A DNA stretch of 63,162 nucleotides, filler included, from Reticulomyxa filosa (lineage: Eukaryota; Protista; Foraminifera): the NCBI GenBank assembly GCA_000512085.1. It is 20 parts of 20 records of this genome, joined end to end, with 100 filler letters (N's around TTAATTAATTAA, not from the genome) between each part and the next. Parts side by side here need not be neighbours in the genome. Positions count along the whole stretch, not along the records: positions 24,902 to 28,104 come from ASPP01022397.1; positions 28,205 to 29,563 come from ASPP01025019.1; positions 29,664 to 36,343 come from ASPP01023564.1; positions 36,444 to 37,700 come from ASPP01022003.1; 16 more parts are not named here. One strand, 5' to 3'. The notes below the pieces were generated by a model, which was given only the letters and a program-made list of their open reading frames with translations, was not told the DNA's origin and made no database searches. This document shows, piece by piece, positions 24,902 to 36,699 of the stretch (positions within the stretch are counted from its first letter, which is position 1; each line of letters opens with the position of its first letter). A program made the translations under genes and the position numbers.

Positions 24902-27900
24902 TCCACCAATTTACGAACATCACCTCCATCATTAATGATTCTTTCGCAAAGTTTTTTGAAAGTACCATAATGAATGTGATCAGTGATACCCAAAGCACTA
25001 AACAATGGTTCAAAACTCTTAAAGTCTCTGCCACTCAAATAATCACTGTATGATGCACAACTCACATCAAATCCTAACAATGCCAACACACAAGAAACAA
25101 CTGCCAATGTCACAGATTTGCCCTCTCCAGTCCCAATCTGCACCAAATTATTGATTAGTCCTGGTTTGTTTTCATCAACTCCCAACATTCGAAATATTGA
25201 AATGACTTGAGCTGCATGTGGTTGTAATAAATAAGAGCTTTGATTTTCAACACCTTTTGCATCAAAATAAAATTGTGCATTTTGGAGTGTCCATAATGCA
25301 AAAATGTGTGCAATTAAACTAGGTACATTATTTCGAATTTTTGCATCCCAGATGACGTCGTCCGGTTTTTGTTCAATACTATGAGTATTCAATTTTGTGT
25401 TGTTTACTATTGTAGCAAAATTAATTTTGTCTTCTTGAAGATTATCTTTTATCAATTTCCGATATATCGAATCAAATTCATCATATCTTTTCCGCAATTT
25501 TTCAAATATTTTTTCTTCCTGAGTTGTCTCTATTTTTTGCAGGACATACTCAATTCCGTGTGACTTAGTGTTCATATTGAATAAAGACACGAAATATCCT
25601 TTAAATAAATTGTGCTCAGCAACAATTATTTTACCAATTCTATTTGAGTTTTTTTCCAGTTGCAAAGCGAGTTGTGAAATACTCATGCCACTCTTGTGTT
25701 GTCTTTTATAGGCGCCAAGTATCTCATCGATGCGTTTGTCCACTACACTTTTGAAACTGAAAATATGAATGGACATTTGCTTCATTGCCAATAACAAAGG
25801 TATGATTTTTTCAATACTCAAATTACTCATGGCCTCTTCTTCGAGTTTTTCTATTCTGTCATTCACAATATCCTCAATCACTTCAATTTGAACTTGTACA
25901 GCATTCGAAAGAACTCCATTTTTTTGCATAGAAATGAAACAATTGTAATACAAATTGACTTGCTCACAATTAATTGAATTCGATTTCGAGACAACCTTGA
26001 TTTGTTTAACAAGTAATTGCATTTGTGATTCCAATTTTTTCGAACAATTATCAAATATTTTGCTGTTGATATGTTCATTTAAAGATAATCGCCTCAAAAA
26101 ATCAAGTTTATTTTTGAGATGATTAAAATATTGATCTCGCTCCATGTCATTTGCCTTTGTTTTGTCATTTATTATGCCACTACTAACCATTTCTTCTATC
26201 ATCTTTTCCAAATGCGTATTAAGTTCACTCATTGCCTCAGGATAGGTCCAGATTTGGACAGCAGGATCACCGGAAATGTCGCAGCCCTGTTTTAACATAA
26301 ATGAAAAATTGTGCAAAAATTTGCACTCCTCGCTCACAGTTTTCATCACTCTCAGTACAGATTGTATCTCTTCAGTATTCATTGCTTCAATATTCTTTTT
26401 ATATCTTTGTCTATGCGAATCAAAAAACTCGGAAATTGTATTATTCAATTTTTTAATATTTTCATTGAAGTTGTGTGGCAGCAATTCATCTGGATCAATA
26501 CTATCAGTTGAATTTGTTTTAAACTCCAAGCAGACAAAAATAAAGTCAAATGCTTTTTTCATTTGTGCTATTGCACTGGCACTACGAGCAAAATTAGTAA
26601 CAATGTTTGCATGGTACTTATTAAACGCACTTGTCAGATTTTCACGAACTCTAGCAAAGTGTTGATCAAGGCCTACTATTTTCTGCTTCAAAGTTTTGAA
26701 ATGACATAATTTAATTAGACTTTTATGCATCTCTGCCATCTCCCCATTTGCCATTTGTTCAGATATACATGCGACAATCTCTCGAGCCATTTTATTCACA
26801 CCAGAATTGATAGTGATCCTTGCTCGACCACTGTTGTAACGGTCAAGTAATTCACTGATATCTTGGATATCCTTATTTTGTATGACTTGTTCCACTTCTT
26901 TTAATGCATTTTCGATTTCATATTTGATATCTTCTCGGCATTGTTGGATTTCATCCTTTAGGATTCCTTGCACACGTTCAGGCAAAGAATTGAGTACTGA
27001 TTCACAAAGACGAATACAAGCTTCGCTCTCTCGTGAATTTGAATTGCTTACTTTTCCACGGGCATCAAGCAATAGATCTCGAACTTTTTTGATGATGTCT
27101 TCTTCAATTTCTGTCCATGCCTCTTTGTAATTCGATGTGGTAACTGATTCCATCACCTTGTTCAACTTAGCATAAAGGTCTTTTGGTGAGTTGGAAACAT
27201 ATGGGTTGAATTGACAATCACTCAATTTTATTTTTTTGTATTTGTTTACAACGCCTTTCAACACAACTTCCACTTGTTTTTCAAGCGAATCAACGTTGTT
27301 GACAATCTTGCTGGTCCCTTCTTTTATATTTTCTTCCTTGTTGTTATCAAAGGAGATTTGCTCAAATCGGCTGCCCAAAATACGGGTAAACTTTTGAACG
27401 AGTTGGATCTTCTCTTCTGCTTCTCGAAAGTTGCAAGAATTAATTGCAACCTTGATTTTTTCCACAATCTTTAATATCCATTTTTCAATTGATGCTTTTG
27501 TTTCATACTCCATTTTTTCAATATCTTGTTGAGTCTTTTTATCCACATACTCAAACACAAAATTCTTTGCATCTTCGATCCATTGCAATTGTTCTTCCAA
27601 TTTTATCACATTTTTCAAGTCTACTTCACTTTCTCCAAGCAGGAAAACCTTCATCATTGTATTTTTAGTCAAGGCTTTCAAAGAACGTGCAAGAGAGCCT
27701 TTCACTTCTTCAAATGCTTTCTCCACTTGTCCATCACCATCTCTTCGTTGATTGAGTTTAGACATTTCTGCAGCCACTTCCGTGTAGAGATGCTCTTCAA
27801 TGGCTTTCAACACTTTAGAAGTATCAATGACATCATTACATAGAATTTCTTGATATTTCATAAACAAATCACGAAATTTACAATTGGGTTTGGTATATTC

Positions 27901-28104
27901 ATCTAATGCGCTTAATACTTTAGTTACAAAAATTTTACTTTTTAATGCTTGTAAATTATTTCTTGCTAATTTCATCATTTCATCAGATAAATCCAACCAA
28001 CATTTTTCAAGTTTACCAATTAATTGTTTCATCATATCTTGTGGAAAGAATGAAAATATAACTGGATGATTCTTTTCTAATTTTGATATTTCATTTAATC
28101 GATT
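24902..28104 (-). CDS. Large intronless protein with a SecA DEAD-like NTPase domain (partial at both ends)
   Basis: ORF open across the whole contig. About 930 aa of helical sequence precede QPHAAQ, LVQIGTGEGKS, SYSDYLSGRD and IHYGTF, paralleling SecA Q-motif/TGEGKT/NDYLAxRD/ITYGT. Confidence 0.85.
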
Positions 28105-28289
28105 NNNNNNNNNNNNNNNNNNNNNNNNNNNNNNNNNNNNNNNNNNNNTTAATTAATTAANNNNNNNNNNNNNNNNNNNNNNNNNNNNNNNNNNNNNNNN
28201 NNNNAATACTGTTACTAGTCAGTAATTAAGGATGGGGATAGATTACAATACCATCATTTTTTTTAATAAATAAAATTATTCAAATATTA

Positions 28290-29470
28290 GATTTATTATC
28301 AGGTCAACAAATTCAAATATTAGAAGGACATGCTGATAATATAAATGTAATTCAATTTTCAAAAGATGGTTCAAAAAATTATCATATTCACTGTACTACT
28401 ATTCGATTATGGAATCTGTTGTCTAAAAAGAACTTCAAGTATTAGAAGGGCACACACACTTGGTAATAATGCTACAATTTTAGAACTATCAGATGAAAAC
28501 GTGATAGATTCTTCTGATAATATAATCCGACTATGGGACGCGTCATCTGGAAAACAAATTCAAGTATTAAAAAAAAATTAAGTCAAATAACTGGTCTGAA
28601 ATTTTTTTCAAATGAATACAAAATATTGTCATGCTAATCCGACGTCACTCTTCGAGTATGGGATATAGTTTTTTAAAAAAACCCAACAGGGGAGATTCAG
28701 GTATCACATGATACGTAAAATTTTAAAATAATAAGACAATGGCGCACTCCGCCATTTCTGGCATGTAATACTTTTCGTAATAAGGCTTTATTTGAGACCA
28801 TGCTGTCGTCGCACGCTCCGATGCAATCGCCCAATAAGGCAAAATCAAAGCGTACAGCTTTAGCAAGGTTTCCGTCAGTGGCTTCACTTTTTCCAGCAAT
28901 TGAGTCGAGTTCGAGCCATTCGAACCGTTACTACCTGACTCGCTTTCTGTTTCGTTTTTGTTTTTTTTAAATATTTTTAGTTTTTGGTTTTTCGACTCTG
29001 CTTTCGCTCTCAAAAAAAGTGCAAGAAATGAACACAAAAATATGCCCAGCTACTTGAAGACATTATCCTTTGAATTTATTTGAAACTAATTTTTAAATGA
29101 AAATCTTGACAAAAAAATGGACTCTTCAACTTTATGCTTTTTTTGGAAAAAACCAGTCTTAATCGCACGTTTATTTTTGTTCATCAGCGCCAACTTCTTA
29201 AAAAAAATTGGTCATTTCATATAATTCAAATATGGATATATTATCTATAAATCAATAACAAAAAATTTATTATTTGAAATAATGGACAATTTTCTTCAGA
29301 TCCTACTAAAATTATATCTTGTTCAGATGATAAACAATTCGATTATGAATTTATTAAATGTATTCTGATATAGTAATAAAAATACAATTTTATCAAATGA
29401 TTCTCAAAAGATAATACTATTCGAATATGGAATGTATATTCAGGAAAATGAATACAATTATTAGACATTT
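28290..29470 (+). pseudogene. WD40-repeat pseudogene interrupted by an unrelated insert
   Basis: SGQQIQILEGHADNINVIQFSKDG; TIRLWN; IIRLWDASSGKQIQVL; QFSSDPTKIISCSDDK; TIRIWNVYSGK. Frameshifts and stops present. Confidence 0.85.
28723..29040 (-). pseudogene. Fragment of an unrelated gene nested in the WD40 pseudogene
   Basis: Coding-like segment with higher GC (TQLLEKVKPLTETLLKLYALILPYWAIASERATTAWSQIKPYYEKYY) on the opposite strand. Confidence 0.45.
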
Positions 29471-29793
29471 AAAAACATAAATATTCTATCATCTTCAATA
29501 ACAAATTTGCATTATTTTATAAAATAAATTGTAAAGACACAACAAATTGATCACAAGATAAACNNNNNNNNNNNNNNNNNNNNNNNNNNNNNNNNNNNNN
29601 NNNNNNNTTAATTAATTAANNNNNNNNNNNNNNNNNNNNNNNNNNNNNNNNNNNNNNNNNNNNGGGGGGGAGGGGGGGGGGGGAAAAAAAAAAAAAAAAA
29701 AAAAAAAGGGACATAATTTTTACATGCAAATTATAAACCCACCCCCCCCCTTTTTTTTTAAAAAATAAATAAATAAATAAACGCATGAAACAG

Positions 29794-30416
29794 AGAATGG
29801 ATGCAATTCGAAACTTGGATTACATTGACTGGCATAGCATTGAAGGCGACGAGGAAAGCACTGATGAGATGGCGACAATGGACAAAGACGAAGAGAAGAA
29901 GAAAACGGAGACGAAGAAGAAAAAGAAGATAAAGGGCAAGTTGGAAATGACGCCTTGTTCGGAGGAAATGGTGAAAGACTTTTGCGAAAAGATTGGGTGT
30001 TACTATGAGTACAACAAGCAAACGAACACGTTTGAAAGCAGGCCGGTGAGCGAGTGGAAAATGAAATGTCCGATTCGCCAGCAGCTGCAGCCATTAAGCG
30101 GGGGTGAGTCCGGAGACCGCTGTGGAGTGTACCAGGCCATATTGTTTGCGAGAGACAAGGAAAGCCTGTCCGTGCTCGACTACTGGAAACAAGGCCGAAG
30201 TGAGCTCCATCGAGAGCTGCAACAACATATCGGCAGCAGACAAGTGCTGAAGTGGATCGACCAAGATCTCATTGAGGAACACATCGATCCCATTGTCAAT
30301 GAACTCATCCGAAATTTAGCTTACATGAAACCTTTGTATGGGGCTGACACTTTGGGATCCATTATGCATCCAAACCAAGTCTGTTTTCATAAGATTTTAA
30401 CATATACATACATATA

Positions 30417-30448
<32 letters not shown>

Positions 30449-31556
30449 TTTTGAAAGGGGATGGACATGTCTGTTCATTTTCACATTTCAAACAACTTTT
30501 TCCTTTTTGTTTTTTTTCCCCCCCCCCTCCCCTCCTCATTGTCATGCTCCATTACTTAGGTTTGGAATTTAACTGCATTGGATTCCGTTTTGAATTTAAT
30601 GGACAGTCCCATTGAAGGTGTCAATTATCCTTATCTGTATTTTGGACGGTGGCGTGCCTTGTTCTCGTGGCATATTGAAGACAAGGGGCTTTACAGCATC
30701 AACATGCTACACTTTGGAAAGGTTTTTTTTTTTGTTCATACCCCCTTTTTTTTTTTTTTTGGTTATCCTAAAAGTACTTTGTCTGTGGTAAACTGTTTGC
30801 AACTTATCAAACTTTGATCGGGTCGACGAAATCGACACTTGATACGTATCTTACGACAAACCTTGTCAGCCCAAGCGTTGAGTCCTTCACTTTGCATTTC
30901 TTTTCATTTTATTTAATTTGATTTGATTTGGTTTTGACTTGTCTGTCTGTATACTACAGTATGGCTCGGTGTGTCGTACTACGATTACAACAAAATGGAA
31001 AGCACATTGCAAACGTTGTATAAACAACAGTACCAGAAATGCCCTGTCTTTACTCGACATAAAGAGTCCTTTGTCACGCCAAGAGTTTTGCTCTTTTCAT
31101 TTTCCGCTCAATCTTATCTTTTTTTTTTTTCCCCTGTGCATGTTGCATGAAACAGACCTTAGAGCGATATGGGATCAAAATGTGCATGGCAATCCAAAGG
31201 GCAGGTGAAATCATTGTTACATGCCCAAAGTAAGTTTGTTTTTTTTTTTTTTTTTTGAGTTGGGTTTTGTTGTCTGACTCATTTGTTTGTATTGAATTAA
31301 AAATAAGATATAAAATAAAAAAAAAATAAAAAAAAATAAAAAATAAAACTCGACAATTGGAAATCAAAACAGAGGCTATCATTGTGGATTTAATCTTGGC
31401 TTCAATTGTGCGGAAGCTGTAAACTTCGCTACACCCCACTGGATTCCCGTAGGCAGAAGCTCAGCTGCGTGCCAATGCGGACTTCTTCCTGGTGCCGTAC
31501 ACTTTGACGTCGATAGCATCATCAAAAAAATAGTCGACCAGTTTCCATACTGTTAA
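29794..31556 (+). CDS. KDM4: JmjC histone demethylase, KDM4/JHDM3-like (5'-partial, multi-exon; may extend into the ORF at 31783-32429)
   Basis: [51 protein letters not shown]|PK|[46 protein letters not shown]. The HxE..H Fe triad and the KDM4-type C/H/C/C Zn ligands are present. Confidence 0.92.
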
Positions 31557-33105
31557 ACTCAAAATAACAAAAAAACAAAACAAAAATGTAAATATATAAA
31601 TATATATATATATATGTGTATATTATATATATATGTATATGTATATATTCATATGAAACGCACCATCTTTGATCATTCGTGAGAGAAGCTTGGAATGCAA
31701 TTCCAAACGCTCATCTCACTTTGTTGTGTTTACTCCTCTCCTTCAACGTATTTTTGAATTGCTATGGATTACAACACAGAAGTGATTCCTCAATTAAGTC
31801 TGATTCCCCATTTGTATGAACGTTTGCTTCGAGTGAAGCGATTCGATGACGAACATCAACTCTCGCTTTTAAGTCGTTGGAAAACTATGGACCCCAAGGA
31901 ATTGACCGTCATTTTGTCAAACATGATGAACAAGATCGATGTTGATGCCAGTACCAATGTCGATATCGATGTCAATGTCAATACCAATGTCAATTCTGTT
32001 GTTGCCTCCTCTGATGTTGATGCTGATACTAATGCTGGTGAAATTATCGCCGAGGGGAAAGAACTCCACAAACAGAAAAAAAAACGCACAATAAGTTTGC
32101 CAAATAAACGCAAGTTGAAAAAGAGAGCCATTTTGGAAATGGATCACAATGTATTCCCACAAGACTCAATCCAACAAATGACACGTGCTTTTCTTGTATT
32201 GATAAAAATTTCTTTGTCCATCTCGAACACACACCGACTCAACGTAAGAGACGAAGAACATAAGAGAACAAGAATAATGATAAGGGAAAAACATTGTCGC
32301 TCGATGCACAACTCGTGGCCAAAAAACAGATTTTTTTTTTGTGTTGTCATTGTAATGGCTTTTTTTTTATTTGGAAAGCCTACTTCGTTGTTTTGGTCAT
32401 TAGTTTTAATGTTTGAACTCGTACAATGATTGAATGTATTACAAGTCAATCTTCTTTGATTGGCTCTACTGTTCTAAACACATCATTCCTTAGAGGAAAG
32501 TATAATGGCAAATAGATGTTGACAAACATTTTAAAATGGAAAAAAAATAAATAAAAGATTTTATAATTGTAAGCGCCATCGGGCACATATTGTCGAATAT
32601 CAGTCTCACTAGGCCTTGAACAGAAAGAGGCAGTATATGCAAACGACATGACTTGCAACCTGCCTGTTTATAGGTAGTTGAAAATATCATTATTGTCTTG
32701 ATCTATATACCATATATAAATTATCATTATCACACTTTGTAGTAAGAGAACAACTGCCAAAAACAGTTTAATTGGGATCCTCGAATTGATCCAACATCTC
32801 TCAGATATAGTTTTTTAACAATAATTCGCTATAATATGCATATAAAAGAATTCTTAGTTGTAATAATTCAATCAAAAGTTATAAAGTACAACATGTTCGT
32901 TTAGGACAGTTTTTTTAAGTGCGAAATTGGGCATTATGTTTTTTTAATTAAAATAGTGCTGTGCATTAAAATTCTGAATATTCTTGATATACACCAAATT
33001 GGACCCGCTAAAAGAATAGAAGCCATTTGCCATTTTGTATTCATAGCTGCTTTTTACTTCCAAATGTAATACCCTTTTTGGAGAAAGAAAAATACGTGTG
33101 ATAAG

Positions 33106-34439
33106 ATGCCTTGTGAAAAGTTAAAATCGATCATAGACAAGTCGATACCCGGCATATTCAAGTTTCTCATTCGATATACGCCTACTCATATCACGGAGGT
33201 GTAAATTTTTTGAAAAATGCTTGTGTTCACCCTCAACAAGTAAAAAAAGAAACACAATTTGCTGAAAATGGTGCACAAAATAGAATAGGTATTGTTGGTG
33301 TAATTCATTAGTATATATTATCGTAGCTATGTTCAGTAGTGCAGAAATAGTAATATATTCGTATTTTTTGGATCTATCAATCCCTGGAGCATTGTCGGCA
33401 TTGTTATTTAACCTAGTGAAAACTGGGGTTGGGGCACTCTTGTGTGGGGCCCAACTTTTTTTTTTTAAGTATGGCGAGGATGTGCTACAATTATTTACGA
33501 AAACCTATGGCAACCTGTATTTATTGTTCATTTTTCCATTTTTAATATCTTATGTTGCAAGTGTATACAGCTTTCCAATATTTGTCAATTTCATTGTAAT
33601 TTAAAAAAAAAAAAGAGTCTCTTTGTCTCTAGACCACTCCGTTTTTTTTTAAAAAAATGCACATCCAAGCCCTCTTCTATCTTTTTTGACAAAAGATGCA
33701 AATGTGAATAGGATATGAGCTCAAAATCGCGCCTAACGTTAGCAGTTGTGTACGCGATATTGAAGGCATATTTCTTGGTGATACCAGAGTTGCTTATGGG
33801 ATTGGCATGTTTTTTTGCGTTTAAAGAAACTGTTGAGAAAGTGGATGATTTTCATAAGAAAGTGAAGATCTTCAACGATCCACATCGGAATGACTTTCAA
33901 AGGAAAGTAAGAGCTTCCTGCTTTCTATCTTCAGATGATGATATTTGCAAACAGTACAAAGACTTTTTATTAATGATCATACAAGCATGGCCACAGCGGA
34001 TTTCTTGGTGGCTCTCAACTTTTGTGTTGAGACTAGTACTTGAAACTTGGTTTGTAGTGTCCTTAATCATATATTGGAATACGCAAAAAAAACCAGGACC
34101 GAAATGGCATTTTTCCTCATGTGTCTCATTTCGGACATTATGTTATTTCTTCTTATCATAATCCCTGCAATAAGACTAAATACACAGTGGATGGACTTAA
34201 AAGCAACAATCACCAATCAATTGCGTGAAGCCATACGCAACAAAACTCATATCGAGTCTGACCAAAATAATATGTTACTGATTCTGAACTTGGCTCGATT
34301 GAATGGACTGACAATTGAAAACCCTTGTACATTTGCCATATTGGGAATTCCTGTCACTTTTACCAGTATAGGCAAAATTCTTTTCACTTTTGTTTTAGGC
34401 AAAGCCTTGTCCGTCACGAATGTGGAAGACGTTTTGTGA
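33106..34439 (+). CDS. Seven-TM protein, candidate gustatory-receptor-like (GRL/DUF3537, 7TM ion channel); introns at 33199-33283 and 33596-33711; 1-nt frameshift at A8 (34085-34092)
   Basis: About 377 aa with seven hydrophobic segments and long loops between TM4-5 and TM6-7; C-terminus LARLNGLTIENPCTFAILGIPVTFTSIGKILFTFVLGKAL. Confidence 0.6.
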
Positions 34440-35070
34440 TTGTTTTGTAACTGTGACATAATGTTGCGTGTACCGTGTGATTTTTTTTTTTGGATACTTA
34501 TGTCTATACAAACACAACTTTCTTCTATTTTCATCTGGTTGACAGTTCCAACTAAAGAAAATGTTCCTCCCTCCGTTTATTTCTCATTGCATATTTGTCC
34601 ATTTTTCCTCTTTTTTTTTCTCTTTAAAAAACTCATACACATATGGAAATTACATTTAATGTAAACTAAACTAAAGCCAAGCCAAACAAAATAAAAGTAT
34701 AACCCTGTCCCCCCTCCGTTCATTTGTTTTGTTTTAGTCACTTTATGAATCCAAATGATTTTATTTGGAGCTGTATGTTAGATATGCCATTTTTATTTTT
34801 ATTTTTTTTTTGCAAACAAGCTTCCAAAAAAAAAAATGAAAAGTTCACATTACTCTTCTAACAAACAAAGTGACAAAAACTAAACTAAAATCTTTAGAAC
34901 ATTTTGTTATAATAATAATATTTTTTATTGTTATTATTTCCTCGTAAGAGTAAGAAAGCAATCACACACAAAACTAACGAAGGGAAAATAAAGCAAGCAA
35001 ATCAACAAACAAACAAAGATTCCTTCTTTAAAAAAAAAAAAAAAAAAAAGTAGACGGAGGAGAGAGATAT

Positions 35071-35599
35071 TCATTTGAATTGACGATCCTGAAATCCAAA
35101 CGTCGCAGCTAAATGGTCAATTCTTTGATTGAGTTGATGCATTTGTTTGTCCAAATAATCTTTGGCGACTTGCCTTCCAATGAGCTCTCTTTCGACGGCC
35201 CACATTTCCGTGTGTTTTTTGTCCATCAAGCCAGGGATGCTCGCTTGCGGTGCCATCCCTTTGAACTGGACAAAGCAACAGCAGAAATGCTTGCAAAACC
35301 GAAAGCCTCTCTCACTGCCGCAGCAAAGAAGGCGGAATTCATTTTCAAAGTCGTACCCACTTCCCAGATATATCACCAGTATGGTCAGCACTCCGTTGAT
35401 CGATGAAAAAAACCCACCGACGCTGGCAATGATACTCGTCCATGTAATACGCTGTTCATGGACATAATCTACTTGAATTATGTTCCAATCCGGATACATC
35501 AATACTGCTGTTGTGTATTGAGTTTGATTCGTTGCTGTACTTTGGTAGAGCATCGAGTCATCATAATACCCACTTGCCTTATTATTACCATTACAGTTA

Positions 35600-35631
<32 letters not shown>

Positions 35632-36299
35632 GTTAAAATTTTGTATGAGGAAAAAAAAAAAAAACAAAAAAACGAAACAGAAGTGGTGGTATAAAATAAT
35701 TGCCATGGTGTGACAATGGGTCTTTGTAATTGCTAAAATCGAAAGTTCGATATTGAATGCTTCCCCAAGGTAGCAACTCCGCAGATCCCTTCTTCAATGA
35801 AAATGTATTGTCCTCAATATCATGTACGGATGCCAATCCTTCAAATTCATTACATTACATATATAAAAAATATAATATAAACATATATGTATATATATAT
35901 ATATATATTTGCTATTGTTATGAGAAAACGAACCCCAATAGAATTGATAGTCAAATCCTTTGTCGCAGATGTAAGTGATATGTTCGACCGAGTTGTTTTG
36001 GACAAAGAGCTGATCGTCTTCCAAGGCCTGGACCTTGAGCACGATCATGTCCAATTGGGCGCTGTTGTTGCCATTCAGCGTTTGTCCAATTGTCTCCTGT
36101 TCCGGCTGAATGATTATATTTTCGTCGAGGATAAAGCGAACTTGCACGCTATTATTGGTATACGTTTCACCGAGCAAGTTGTTGTCAAACCCGTAGCGAC
36201 GATGGATCACTACCCATTTGTCACTATAAGCCGTCTGGTTTCTTTTGTACTCGCTCACTGAATCTACATATACAATATCGCCATTGCTTTGGTTGGCGA

Positions 36300-36303
<4 letters not shown>
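35071..36303 (-). CDS. Membrane protein with a beta-rich ectodomain and a DEG/ENaC- or PAC-like final TM helix (5'-partial, multi-exon)
   Basis: TAVLMYPDWNIIQVDYVHEQRITWTSIIASVGGFFSSINGVLTILVIYLG follows an N-glycosylation-rich region; Cys-rich cytosolic tail. Confidence 0.45.
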
Positions 36304-36339
<36 letters not shown>

Positions 36340-36699
36340 TTAANNNNNNNNNNNNNNNNNNNNNNNNNNNNNNNNNNNNNNNNNNNNTTAATTAATTAAN
36401 NNNNNNNNNNNNNNNNNNNNNNNNNNNNNNNNNNNNNNNNNNNCACAAAAATCCAACTACTATAAAAAAATTTTTTAATCAATATAAAAATTAATTTTAC
36501 TAGTAAAAAAAAAATTCGGACTTTGACTTGAGGATTCTTGTTGTGTTGAAACAACTTGACTTTTTCGACGATTTTGAGATATATCGATTATCTACTTGTT
36601 CTTAGTTTACTTGAAGTGATCTCGAGATAATATTGAAGATTTTTCACGATAATCGTTAATGATGATAATATAAATTTAATTTATTATTTTTTAAATATT

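Noticed and set aside
24902-25260. Bacterial secA from a contaminant or symbiont
   Set aside because: About 930 aa precede the ATPase motifs, and the motifs diverge (GEGKS, SDYLSGRD); this is not the translocase architecture.
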